Assembly (NCBI GenBank): GCA_018303805.1
Contig: JAGVXL010000001.1
Coordinates: 433,528 to 497,527 of the forward strand
Direction: 5' to 3'
DNA length: 64,000 bases
Origin: Candidatus Pacearchaeota archaeon
GTDB taxonomy: Archaea; Nanobdellota; Nanobdellia; Pacearchaeales; DTIR01
Under the pieces are notes generated by a model. That model saw only the letters and a list, made by a program, of their open reading frames with translations, was not told where the DNA came from and made no database searches. Both the position numbers and the translations under genes were made by a program. Every line of letters starts with the position of its first letter. Position 1 is the stretch's first letter. Shown in pieces: positions 9,649 through 19,063 of the stretch.

Positions 9649-10856
9649 TCTTCAACTCCCAATGAGGAGGAGAGAATTGCTTTTATCTTTGGCACTAGCT
9701 GTTGCGGAACAGCAAGCTTAATCTCACGGGTTCTGCCATGCCTCCCCTTGCTTATTACAACTGCGTTTATTATGCCGAGCATGTCAAATTCTGCGATTAT
9801 ATCCCCAACCCTCCTCTGGGTAAGAATTTCATTAGAGGTTTTTTCACAAAGCAGTTTGTAATGATTATATATGTCCCCTGTAAAAATCTGCGGCAGTTTC
9901 TTCAGCTCTATCAGCTCAATTATAGACTCCAAAACAAGCTGGAATTGCTTTGGCTCTGTTTCCACAATGTCCAATATTTTATCCTTCTCTATCTTTTCGT
10001 TTGCCTTGTCTATATGCCCCTGGGTTATCTTCTTCACACCTTCCCTTTCAACAAGTTCTCCAGCAATCCTTAATAAATCAAGGGCTCTCCTTGCATCGCC
10101 GTGCTCTCTTGCCGCATATGCCGCGCATTTCTCTATCACGCCATTCTCAACAACATTCTCCTTGAATGCATGCCCAGCCCTGTCCCTCAATATATCCTGC
10201 AGCTGCAATGCATTGTAGGGCGGGAATACAATCTCTTCCTCGCTTAAAGAGCTTCTTACCCTTGGGTCTATATTGTCCAAAAAGGTAAGGTCGTTGCTTA
10301 TGCCTATTATGCTTATCTGCGCCTTGCTCAATTCTGAATTAAGCCTTATTAAGTTGTAGAGGAAATTGTCAGAGATTTTTTTTATTGCATAGTCAACCTC
10401 GTCAAGAATCAGCACAAACAGCTGGGGTTTTGCCTCTAGTATCTCTATAAATTTATTGTATACAACCTCTGTAGGAAGCCCTGTAGCAGGAACTGTTGAG
10501 CCTAATTTCCTTATCAGTTCTGAAAGAATCCGATATTCCGTATCTGCAACCTTTTTTAGCTTGCAGTTGATATACTCAATATTAAGGCTTATATTCTCTT
10601 TCTTTGCCCTTTTTAAAAGCTCATCTTTCAGATAAGTAATTGAGACTGTTTTGCCTGTTCCGGTTTTGCCATAAATGAAAAGATTAGAGGTTCTTTCCAG
10701 CCTTAAGCAGGGCGCGAGAATAGAAGCAATGGACTCTATTTGTTGCTCCCTGTGCTGTATTATCTCAGGGATATAATTTGACTGAAGGGTAAATTTATTT
10801 TTGAATATGCTTGAGTTTGAAAAAGAATCAAAAATCTTGTCTATTTGGCTGGCCAT
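9645..10856 (-). CDS. cdc6: Orc1/Cdc6 replication initiator
   Basis: AAA+ Walker A GKTGTGKT, Walker B LILDEVD, C-terminal winged helix. 4-nt overlap with DP1. Abuts the ORB-containing intergenic region. Confidence 0.92.
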   Translation of the reverse strand: MASQIDKIFDSFSNSSIFKNKFTLQSNYIPEIIQHREQQIESIASILAPCLRLERTSNLFIYGKTGTGKTVSITYLKDELLKRAKKENISLNIEYINCKLKKVADTEYRILSELIRKLGSTVPATGLPTEVVYNKFIEILEAKPQLFVLILDEVDYAIKKISDNFLYNLIRLNSELSKAQISIIGISNDLTFLDNIDPRVRSSLSEEEIVFPPYNALQLQDILRDRAGHAFKENVVENGVIEKCAAYAAREHGDARRALDLLRIAGELVEREGVKKITQGHIDKANEKIEKDKILDIVETEPKQFQLVLESIIELIELKKLPQIFTGDIYNHYKLLCEKTSNEILTQRRVGDIIAEFDMLGIINAVVISKGRHGRTREIKLAVPQQLVPKIKAILSSSLGVEE

Positions 10857-10910
10857 ATATCTTTTGCATTTAATTTTTTTATAAACATATTTATCCTAAA
10901 AAATATACAT

Positions 10911-10935
10911 ACAGACCTATATTTCCTGTGGAAAC
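10911..10935 (-). repeat. ORB1 (origin recognition box, weak G-string)
   Basis: Minus-strand read GTTTCCACAGGAAATATAGGTCTGT. The core differs by 1 nt from the archaeal consensus TTCCAGTGGAAAC. Confidence 0.75.
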
Positions 10936-11048
10936 TGTTCTAAGTAAATAGTGACTTTTAAAAGGGTGTTTTAAGGAGATAGTGGCATTTAAAGAACTTT
11001 TTTAAGTAGACAGGGATATTTGAAAGGGTGTTGTCACGAAATAGAAAT

Positions 11049-11071
11049 AACCCCTACATTTCCTGTGGAAG
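11049..11071 (-). repeat. ORB2 (full ORB with G-string)
   Basis: Minus-strand read CTTCCACAGGAAATGTAGGGGTT, i.e. core plus the AGGGGT element. Confidence 0.85.
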
Positions 11072-11157
11072 TTTATTATTTATTATTTATTATTTAAATA
11101 TATAATAATATAATATATATAAATTTAAAAACAAGCAAAAAATAAAAAATAAAAATC
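11072..11157. other. AT-rich duplex unwinding element
   Basis: tttattatttattatttattatttaaatatataataatataatatatataaatttaaaaacaagcaaaaaataaaaaataaaaatc. Confidence 0.7.
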
Positions 11158-11187
11158 ATGGGAAAGATTTAAAAATCTTTGTTAAAG

Positions 11188-11210
11188 TTCCAGATGAAAT
11201 CAAAGGGTGT
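11188..11210 (+). repeat. ORB3 (degenerate, opposite orientation to ORB2)
   Basis: TTCCAGATGAAATCAAAGGGTGT: degenerate core plus a G-string-like AAGGGTGT. AAAGGGTGTT also recurs at 10961 and 11023. Confidence 0.55.
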
Positions 11211-11369
11211 GAGCCTCTTCTCAGCTATACTTCCTGCCTTTTCCCCAAATTATCCCACTATTCCTGTTTTTTTGCGAAAGCCCAGAAACTTCAGATAATT
11301 CAGCAGGAATTCTCATTAAAAACAACTTTATATAGAAAACTTTATAAATATCTTCTTTATGAGTTTAGT

Positions 11370-11630
11370 ATGGCTATTGACAAGAAACCCTTGCGCGAGA
11401 TTATCGGCAAGATGGTTGTGACAAAAGAGGGCAAAAGATTGGGCATGACTAAAGACATAACCTTTGAAACCAGAACAGGCGAGCTTATACACCTTGTTTT
11501 GAAGGAGCCAACCAAGTTTGCCCAGACACTGCAGCTTGAGAAAACAAAAGATAAAGAGATTCTTATCCCTTATAATTCAATTATTGCAATAGGTGATTTT
11601 GTTGTTGTAAGCGAGGAAGATTTGATTTAA
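11370..11630 (+). CDS. PRC-barrel domain protein
   Basis: 86 aa: ...IIGKMVVTKEGKRLGMTKDITFETRTGELIHLVL...IPYNSIIAIGDFVVV, typical of small archaeal PRC-barrel proteins. Confidence 0.7.
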   Translation: MAIDKKPLREIIGKMVVTKEGKRLGMTKDITFETRTGELIHLVLKEPTKFAQTLQLEKTKDKEILIPYNSIIAIGDFVVVSEEDLI

Positions 11631-11726
11631 GTCAAATCTTAATCCCTTTCTTTATTCTCCTGAAGATTTAAACATAATACAATCAAAAATAAAAACTTTT
11701 ATAAAGCAGGCGCAACATAAAGAAAC

Positions 11727-12155
11727 ATGGCCCAGATGATTGGTTTTAATTTGACAAAAGCCCTTGCAGAGAGGGAGAAGGAACTAAAAGGGCAAATAAC
11801 AGTAAAACATAATATTAATATCAAGGATGTAAGGAAAGAGGCGCTTAACTTGTCAAAAGACAAGGATGTCCTATGTTTTGATTTTGAGTTCAGCATTAAT
11901 TACGAGCCAAAACTCGCAAAGCTGCTTTTTGAAGGCAATGTTCTTTTGCTTGCAGAGCCAAAGGAAGGCAAGGACATCCTGAAAAACTGGAAGAAAAAAG
12001 AAGGCAACGAGAATGTGAGGCTGCTTGTTTACAACACCATTCTGACAAAATGCAGCATAAAGGCATTGCAGATGGAATCTGACTTAAACCTGCCTTCTCA
12101 TCTCCCTTTGCCAAAACTTGCGCCTGCAAAACAAGTTACAAATTATACAGGTTAG
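11727..12155 (+). CDS. Hypothetical protein
   Basis: ORF only. Confidence 0.35.
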   Translation: MAQMIGFNLTKALAEREKELKGQITVKHNINIKDVRKEALNLSKDKDVLCFDFEFSINYEPKLAKLLFEGNVLLLAEPKEGKDILKNWKKKEGNENVRLLVYNTILTKCSIKALQMESDLNLPSHLPLPKLAPAKQVTNYTG

Positions 12156-12231
12156 GCATAATTTGTGTGCACTTCAGGACTTTCTAAAATTTTCTTTAAT
12201 GGGTTTTTCTCATCTAAGGATAGGTTTGAAA

Positions 12232-12324
12232 CGCTAGGTATAGGAATCGAACCTATAAGCCCTTGCGGGCAATGGTTTGCTTGCTTGTTTCGAGACCATC
12301 GCATTGCCGTTCTGCCAACCTAGC
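12232..12324 (-). tRNA. tRNA-Ser (anticodon CGA) with about 11-nt intron after position 37
   Basis: Hand fold: acceptor GCTAGGT/ACCTAGC; anticodon stem ATGGT/ACCAT with loop CTCGAA + intron; long variable arm GCCC-GCAA-GGGC; T arm ATAGG-TTCGATT-CCTAT. No encoded CCA. Confidence 0.8.
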
Positions 12325-13032
12325 TTAAATCTCCTTTAATTTTCCAAATTTATAAATTCTGTCTCCTAGGACAAAAATCTCAAAATTCTTTATATTGGAA
12401 AGATAAGGGCTCAATAATTTTTCTTTTCTTATGTCGCTGCCCTCAGTCAAGGGCAGAAATGAAGGCATAACTATAAGCTTTTTGCCTTTCCATCTGCCAA
12501 GCAAAAAACACTTATAAATTTCTGACTTCATTCCTTCTTGCAGCGAAATGGCAGGATGCTCATGCCCTATTATCAAAATTTTTGCATTATTCACCTCTTT
12601 TTCAATCCTCACCTCATTTCCATGCAATATACAAATCTTTTCTGAATCAATGCAATAGAACTCTTTTATCTCAAGCCCTTTTTTTCTGGCAATTGGCTCA
12701 AGTATTCTGTCATGGTTGCCTTTTATCAGAATAACCTTTGCCTTTTCCCGCAGCAAATCAAGAATTCCAAGAGTTTCATGCCACTCCTGCCTTGAAATCC
12801 CGCCAAACTCATGCTTCAAATCCCCATTAATAACTATTATTTTTAGCTTTACTTCTTGAAGTAATTCTTCAATCTTTCTCTTTGTTTCCTTAAACTGAGT
12901 TCTTGGCACTAATACCCCCTGCTTGTTCAATGCCTCTTCATAGCCTATGTGCAAGTCAGCAAGAATCAACACTTTCTGCTTCTTAATCCATAATGCCTTG
13001 CCAATCATCTCAATTCCTTTCAAGATTTCCAT
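12325..13032 (-). CDS. Metallophosphoesterase (Mre11/SbcD-related, stand-alone)
   Basis: DLHIGYE, GDLKHEF, GNHD and GHEH motifs. Confidence 0.75.
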   Translation of the reverse strand: MEILKGIEMIGKALWIKKQKVLILADLHIGYEEALNKQGVLVPRTQFKETKRKIEELLQEVKLKIIVINGDLKHEFGGISRQEWHETLGILDLLREKAKVILIKGNHDRILEPIARKKGLEIKEFYCIDSEKICILHGNEVRIEKEVNNAKILIIGHEHPAISLQEGMKSEIYKCFLLGRWKGKKLIVMPSFLPLTEGSDIRKEKLLSPYLSNIKNFEIFVLGDRIYKFGKLKEI

Positions 13033-13073
13033 AATAGAAATAGAAAAGAAATTTTAATAAATCTTTATATGGC

Positions 13074-13328
13074 TTATTTCAAGAAATAGCCCTGCCTCAT
13101 TTCAGAGCTCGCCCTGTTTTTTTCTACATCCTTATTCAGCTTGTTTGTCAAATCATCTGTCTTTTTCTTTTCGGCGTCGCTTTGCTTCTCCACGCTTTTG
13201 GTGCCTGTTGTGGGGTCGTAAAACTCGCATGTCATATCATCACTCATACCCCCCCTTGGAGTGCTGACTGTGTTGGACCTTGCTATCTTGTAAAAATTGT
13301 CTTCCGCCATCTTTTTCTTTCCTATCAA
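13074..13328 (-). CDS. Hypothetical small charged protein
   Basis: ORF only. Confidence 0.3.
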   Translation of the reverse strand: MIGKKKMAEDNFYKIARSNTVSTPRGGMSDDMTCEFYDPTTGTKSVEKQSDAEKKKTDDLTNKLNKDVEKNRASSEMRQGYFLK

Positions 13329-13411
13329 TCTTTTTTAAACCTTTTTTATTTAATACTTAAACCAGCTTTGCTTGATAAACCCTTCTTTTAAGCTGCTTTT
13401 TAAATAGGGCT

Positions 13412-14371
13412 TTATTCAAATAATTCACTCAAGCTTTTTCCCTCATTTGTCCTGTAAATTGCCTCGGCAAAGAAATCCTCCAAGGGAATAACCTCAATTT
13501 TTTCATGTTCTGGCTGGTAAATGCTGTTGCTGACAATCATCAAATCCAGATTTTTGCTTACATTTCCCTTTGCATTCCCGCTGAATATGCCATGAGTGCA
13601 GTATGCATAAACTTTTCTTGCCCTTTCTTCCCTTAATTTTTTTGTCGCCTCTATCAGCGTATTGCCTGAGTCAACAATATCGTCTACTATCAACACATCT
13701 TTATTTTGAACCTCCCCAATTATTTTAAATTCACTTACCTCTCCCTCACTCTTTCTATATTTATACCCTACAACAATATCTTTAACACCCAGCTTGTTTG
13801 CAAATGCTTTCGCCCTTGACGCACCGCCAGCATCAGGGCTCATTATTATTAAGTTCTTCAAGAAATCTTTATGTTTCCTACTTAAATAATCCAACAAAAC
13901 ATTTGAACTGTAAAGATTATCCAAAGGGATTCTGTAAAAACCTTGAATCTGCGTGAAATGGGCGTCAAGAGTCAAAACCCTGTCAGTGTATAAACTTATT
14001 ACATCAGCAACAGCCTTTGCATTTATTGAGACCCTTGATTCATCCTTTCTGTCCTGCCTGCTGAACCTCATATAAGGCAGTACATTTATAATCTCATCAG
14101 CAGAAGAATTTTTCATAGCCTCATTAGCAAAAATAAGCTGGGTAAGCCATTCTGATGGCTGCAGACTTGAGTCATGGATAAAGAAACAATTTTTTCTTCG
14201 GATGTTATCCTTAATCTTGGCTTTTATCTCACCATCACGAAATCTTTTAACCTGAAATTCACTCAGATAGTACTTATTATCTATCGCATTTAATTTCTTG
14301 TAAATGGAACAAGCAAATCCCCATGCTTTCCCTTTAGGGTCTGCAATAATCATGCATTCATGAGTTGGCAT
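13412..14371 (-). CDS. prs: Ribose-phosphate pyrophosphokinase (PRPP synthetase)
   Basis: PRPP-binding loop LIVDDIVDSGNTL; 319 aa. Confidence 0.85.
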   Translation of the reverse strand: MPTHECMIIADPKGKAWGFACSIYKKLNAIDNKYYLSEFQVKRFRDGEIKAKIKDNIRRKNCFFIHDSSLQPSEWLTQLIFANEAMKNSSADEIINVLPYMRFSRQDRKDESRVSINAKAVADVISLYTDRVLTLDAHFTQIQGFYRIPLDNLYSSNVLLDYLSRKHKDFLKNLIIMSPDAGGASRAKAFANKLGVKDIVVGYKYRKSEGEVSEFKIIGEVQNKDVLIVDDIVDSGNTLIEATKKLREERARKVYAYCTHGIFSGNAKGNVSKNLDLMIVSNSIYQPEHEKIEVIPLEDFFAEAIYRTNEGKSLSELFE

Positions 14372-14412
14372 TTTCTCTTCCTCTTTTCCCTTAATCTAAA
14401 TTTTGGCTTGAT

Positions 14413-17028
14413 TTAAAACCTTTTCTGTTTGCTTACTTGTTCTTGTATTGCCTTGTACATCCTTTTCAGGAAAGCAATCTTATCCTCAATTTTCAGCAAG
14501 TCAGCATGGCTCTGCATTATCAGGTTTAACGAGAATGGAGATGGCAAATCTGTGTGAATCTGCTGAATCTTAACCCTGCCTTCCCTTATCCATCCAAGAA
14601 CAACTCCTGCATTCTGCAGGTCCATCATATCTTCAAGAATTTCCCTTCTTGTTTCCTTTAAGACAGGAAAATCCCTTGAAATTTTCATTGATGCTGCAAG
14701 AAGGAAACCTGACTTGAACTGCTGTTTCCCAACAGATTTTGTCCTGCCTTTATAATTCCTCAGAATCATCAGGCTTCTAGTGGCACAATGCCTGAACCTT
14801 CTCTTAAAAACCTCTGTGTTATGCACAGCTTCTTCCAAAACCTCCTTGAGATTCTTGGGGTTAAGCATATTCAGAGCCCTTTCAACCTGTATTGATTGCA
14901 TGCTGGCAAGCAGAAAGCCGTTATCATTAATCCCCAGTTCAATATCCCTGCCGCCAAGCCTTGCGACTAAATAAGCAAGGGCTCTTGATAGGGCATCATT
15001 AACCCGCCTGCCATAAAGGGAGTGAAAAATAGCATAGTGCTTGTTTTCAATTCTGCAATGTTCCACAAGCAGGCAGGACTCATCAGGCACTTCTGCATAT
15101 TTATGCTGCAAAATAAAATAGTTATAAATGGCATCCACAGAATTCTTGTCAACATACAGGTAAGAAGCAATAAATTCTTTTGCTTCCTTTTCCCTGCTTG
15201 TTTTTATCTTCTCCTTCAGCAGCTTTCTGAAGCGCCCTATTCCCAAAGCCAAATCAAAGCTCAATGGAAGCATTTCACTAAACCATGAGGGAATTGTAGG
15301 TGGCCTGTGCACAGTGGCTTTGACATAGGCATTCATGCCTCTTGTATAACAGAATTCATATTTATGGCCCCCAAGAACAAAAACATCCCCTGGCTTCAAT
15401 CTTTCGAGAAATCCCTCATCTACTGCCCCAATCTTTTCATTTCTCTGTTCCCCAGCAGCTATAACCACATTGACAAAACTTTCTTCAGGGATTGTCCCTA
15501 TATTTGTCATGTAAATCATTCTTGCAAGCCTGCCTCTCTTGCCAATTTCATGAGTTGAGGAATCATACCATATCTTGGCATAAACATCCCTTGCCTCAAG
15601 AGCATACTCTCCTGCAAGATAGCTAATAACAGAAAGAAAATCCTCTCTGCCGAGATTGTTATAGCAATAACTTTTTTTTATGCAGTTAAAAAGTTCGTCA
15701 ATATTCCATTTTTGCTGTATTGCGCAGCCATAAATCTGCTGAGCCAAAACATCAAGGCAGTTTGATGGAATCTGCACCTTGTCAATCTTTTTTTCAATGG
15801 CTTCTTTAAGCAAAACAGCACATTCCACCAAGTCATCCTGGTCAAGCACTAAAATCCTGCCCTTGGCAATTTCATGCAGCTTATGCCCCGCCCTCCCTAT
15901 CCTCTGTATTGCCCTTGCAACTGATTTTGGGCTGCCTAAAAGGATAACCAAATCAATATAGCCAATGTCTATGCCCAATTCAAGGGAAGTGGAAGTAACA
16001 ACCACTTTCAGTTTTCCCTCTCTTAATCTCTGCTCTATGTCAAACCTGTGCTGCTTGCTCAGTGAGGAGTGATGGGCACCTATATTCTCCATATAAGAAG
16101 AGGGAAACATCTCCTTTAAATGAGCAACAACCCTTTCTGTCGCGCTTCTTGTGTTGGTAAAAATCAGTGTTGTTTTATGCTCCTGAATAAGCTTGTCAAT
16201 TAAGCCATAAAGCCCTTTTTGCATCTCTTCGGCAGAGGTTTCAATCATGTCTTTTACAGGAGAAAGGACTTTCATGTCAAGTTTTTTTGCGAACTGCACA
16301 TCTGCAATCAGGCAGTCGCGTGGCTTGCCATCTTCAAACCCAACCAGAAATTTTGCTATTTCTTCTAAAGGGGAAATTGTTGCGCTTAAGCCAATCCTGC
16401 ACGGGTAAATCGTGCTTATATACTGCAGTCTTTCCAAGCTCAATGATAAATACACGCCTCTTTTATTTGCCAGGGCATGGATTTCGTCAACTATAATGTA
16501 TTCGACTGCTTTCAGCAGCTCAATAAATTTCCTTGTTGTTAAGACAATTGAAAGGCTTTCAGGGGTCGTTATCAAAATGTGAGGCGGCTTTTTCAGCATT
16601 TTCTGTTTCTCATTTGTTGGTGTGTCTCCTGTTCTCACTGCTACTCTTATCTCCTGTAATTTAATCCCCTTTTTCTTGGCAATCTCTTTTATCTGTTCAA
16701 GTGGCTCAATCAAATTGACTGCGATGTCATTATTCAACGCCTTTAGAGGGCTTACATAAACAGCATAAACTTTTTCCTCCAATTCATTTTTTATTGCCAA
16801 GCTCACCAAGTAGTTCAAGATAGAAAGGAAAGCAGTGAGGGTTTTTGTGCCTCCTGTTGGCGCGGAGATAATTATGTTCTTTCTTTCATGAATAGGCATT
16901 ACCCCATAAAGCTGGGGCATGCTGAATTCCTTGAACTTTGAAAAAAACCACTCCTTGACAAGCTCATCTAAAACGCCTAGGATTTCTTCCTTGCTTCTTA
17001 ATTTTGCCTGTTTAATTTCAGATTCCAT
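14413..17028 (-). CDS. lhr: Lhr-type ATP-dependent DEAH/DEXH helicase
   Basis: APTGGTKT, VDEIH, SATI and QRIGRAGH motifs, plus the long Lhr-core C-terminal domain; 871 aa. Confidence 0.85.
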   Translation of the reverse strand: MESEIKQAKLRSKEEILGVLDELVKEWFFSKFKEFSMPQLYGVMPIHERKNIIISAPTGGTKTLTAFLSILNYLVSLAIKNELEEKVYAVYVSPLKALNNDIAVNLIEPLEQIKEIAKKKGIKLQEIRVAVRTGDTPTNEKQKMLKKPPHILITTPESLSIVLTTRKFIELLKAVEYIIVDEIHALANKRGVYLSLSLERLQYISTIYPCRIGLSATISPLEEIAKFLVGFEDGKPRDCLIADVQFAKKLDMKVLSPVKDMIETSAEEMQKGLYGLIDKLIQEHKTTLIFTNTRSATERVVAHLKEMFPSSYMENIGAHHSSLSKQHRFDIEQRLREGKLKVVVTSTSLELGIDIGYIDLVILLGSPKSVARAIQRIGRAGHKLHEIAKGRILVLDQDDLVECAVLLKEAIEKKIDKVQIPSNCLDVLAQQIYGCAIQQKWNIDELFNCIKKSYCYNNLGREDFLSVISYLAGEYALEARDVYAKIWYDSSTHEIGKRGRLARMIYMTNIGTIPEESFVNVVIAAGEQRNEKIGAVDEGFLERLKPGDVFVLGGHKYEFCYTRGMNAYVKATVHRPPTIPSWFSEMLPLSFDLALGIGRFRKLLKEKIKTSREKEAKEFIASYLYVDKNSVDAIYNYFILQHKYAEVPDESCLLVEHCRIENKHYAIFHSLYGRRVNDALSRALAYLVARLGGRDIELGINDNGFLLASMQSIQVERALNMLNPKNLKEVLEEAVHNTEVFKRRFRHCATRSLMILRNYKGRTKSVGKQQFKSGFLLAASMKISRDFPVLKETRREILEDMMDLQNAGVVLGWIREGRVKIQQIHTDLPSPFSLNLIMQSHADLLKIEDKIAFLKRMYKAIQEQVSKQKRF

Positions 17029-17079
17029 ATAACAACAAACATAAAAAAACTTATAAGTGTTTCCTTCTATGAAATATGT

Positions 17080-17367
17080 ATGCTTGAGAAAAAACTAAGG
17101 CAGATTCCAAAAGAACATCTTGTAAAAGGCAAATGGTTCCTTGGCAGGGGCAGGAACAGCGATGTTGGCTACTGGGATGGAAAGAACTTTCTTGTGATAG
17201 GTTTTAAATTCAATGAGCCAGTAATAAAGCAAGAGGGCTATTATGAAAAGGATTTTGGCTGCTTCCAGCCATTCTGGCTTATTCCAGAAGGGGAAATTAT
17301 TGAGCCATTTGGCAAGGTTGGCTGGAACAGGCATTACGGCAAAACCTTTCTTCTAAAATTTGAATAG
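17080..17367 (+). CDS. Hypothetical protein
   Basis: ORF only; overlaps the downstream wHTH gene by 8 nt. Confidence 0.3.
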   Translation: MLEKKLRQIPKEHLVKGKWFLGRGRNSDVGYWDGKNFLVIGFKFNEPVIKQEGYYEKDFGCFQPFWLIPEGEIIEPFGKVGWNRHYGKTFLLKFE

Positions 17368-17662
17368 AAATAAGATGAAAATCAGCAAGGAAAAACAGGA
17401 CAAGATAAAAGAGGGCATTCTTTCTTTTCTCTTCCATAACTCTCCCCATTCATTTTTCACCTCCGAAATAAGCAAGGAACTTGCAAGGGACGAAGAGTTC
17501 ATGAAAAAACTGCTTGAAGAAATGCTGAAACAGGGGCTAGTTGCAGAAGTCAAGAAAAATCAGAAAGGCAGGGAATATACTGCAAGAACCAAATGGAGAA
17601 TTTCAGCCAAAATTTATGAAACTTACAAGAAGCTGCAGAATAAGGGCATTGAGGTTTATTAA
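17360..17662 (+). CDS. Small winged-helix DNA-binding protein
   Basis: ...FFTSEISKELARDEEFMKKLLEEMLKQGLVAEVKK...: wHTH-like layout. Confidence 0.45.
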   Translation: MNRNKMKISKEKQDKIKEGILSFLFHNSPHSFFTSEISKELARDEEFMKKLLEEMLKQGLVAEVKKNQKGREYTARTKWRISAKIYETYKKLQNKGIEVY

Positions 17663-17723
17663 GGGGTTTATTGATTAAGCAAGATATAAATATTTCTTAT
17701 GCTATTAAATTAAGGGAGAGAAA

Positions 17724-18971
17724 ATGAAAATTGGCTTTATTGGCGGTGCAGGGGAAATGGCAAGTTTGTATGCCAGAATTCTGCATGAAAAAGAGCATGA
17801 AATATTGGTTTCAGATACTGACAAGGAAAGATTAAGGCAGGAATATGCTGGATTGGAAGTAAGGATATGCGAAAGCAATAAAGAAGCAGCAAGATTATCT
17901 GACTTGCTGGTTTATTCAACACCAATACCGGAAACCCCCGAGATTATAAAGGAAAGCGCTCCTTTTTTGAGGGAAAATGCAGCAGTTGGAGGTTTCACTT
18001 CTGTGAAAGTATACGAAGTAGATGCCCTGCTGAAATATTCCCCTGTTGATGCAGAAATAATAACCTTTCATCCGATGCACGGGCCTTCTCTCAAGCCAGA
18101 AAACCAGAAATTTATAATTATTCCTGTAAGAACAGGAAATGGTTCAAAGCTGGAAGAGATAGAGGGAATTGCAAAATCAACAGGCATTGGTGTTTCATAC
18201 ATAAATTCCGCCAAGGAGCATGATAAAATTATGGCAGACACCCAAATCCTCACGCATTTTGCATTTTTGAGCATGGGAAATGCATGGAGAATGCTTGGCT
18301 TTCTCCCAGAAGGGAATAAAACATACCAGAATGAGGTTGACAGGATAAAGGCATTGTTTACAAAAAGGATTCTTTCGCAGAATCCAGAGGTTTATGCAGG
18401 CATTGCAATATTCAATCCAGAGGCAAAGAGCCATGTAAGACAGTATATTAATTCTCTTGACAGCATAATGGAATCTGTTTTGAAAGAAGACAGGAAAAAT
18501 CTTTTTGCTAAATGGCAGGACATAGTTAACTTCCTTGGCAAGGATGAACTTAAAACTTCAGACAAGGTTCTTAACAAGCTGTTCAGCCAAGACTATAATA
18601 TTGAAAGCCAGACAAATTCATACTTGAGCCAGTTTGCTTTGGGGGATTCATTCATGAATCTTGGTATAAAGCCACAAGACAATATAGCATTCCAAAGCCC
18701 CCCTTACAAAATTCTTTCCTTACTCGTCCATAAAATTCTTAATGGTAATTCAGAGCACTACATTAATAATGCAATCCATAATCTCGAAACAAAAAGGCAC
18801 GACTATTACTTCTGCAAATCTGCAACAGTGCTTGCTGAGATAGTTGAATCTGGCAACTATCAAGGATTTATTGATTTTTTCAAGAAATCTGCTGAGTTCT
18901 TTGGGGAAGATGAATTAGAAAAAGCAAGAATAGAGACAGATGAGTTGATAGAAAGACTGGCAAGGATATAA
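17724..18971 (+). CDS. tyrA: Prephenate/arogenate dehydrogenase-like (TyrA family)
   Basis: Rossmann N-terminus MKIGFIGGAGEM, HPMHGP, and EHDKIMADTQILTHF. Confidence 0.65.
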   Translation: MKIGFIGGAGEMASLYARILHEKEHEILVSDTDKERLRQEYAGLEVRICESNKEAARLSDLLVYSTPIPETPEIIKESAPFLRENAAVGGFTSVKVYEVDALLKYSPVDAEIITFHPMHGPSLKPENQKFIIIPVRTGNGSKLEEIEGIAKSTGIGVSYINSAKEHDKIMADTQILTHFAFLSMGNAWRMLGFLPEGNKTYQNEVDRIKALFTKRILSQNPEVYAGIAIFNPEAKSHVRQYINSLDSIMESVLKEDRKNLFAKWQDIVNFLGKDELKTSDKVLNKLFSQDYNIESQTNSYLSQFALGDSFMNLGIKPQDNIAFQSPPYKILSLLVHKILNGNSEHYINNAIHNLETKRHDYYFCKSATVLAEIVESGNYQGFIDFFKKSAEFFGEDELEKARIETDELIERLARI

Positions 18972-19063
18972 GATATTTTTTCCTATAAAACAGGATTAAA
19001 ATAACCAAAAAATATATCTTGCAAAACAAAAATCTTTTTAAATGGGCTTTTTCAATAGGTTTA

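Larger units (their letters stand above)
10857..11369. other. Predicted chromosomal replication origin (oriC)
   Basis: 513-bp noncoding region next to cdc6. Three ORB elements and an 86-bp stretch of almost pure A/T between oppositely oriented ORBs. Confidence 0.85.

Noticed and set aside
17724-18971. TyrA-like dehydrogenase as evidence of an aromatic amino-acid pathway or a horizontally acquired metabolic island.
   Set aside because: It is a single gene with no other shikimate or aromatic pathway genes in the window. Composition looks host-like by eye, and pathway context needs the full genome.
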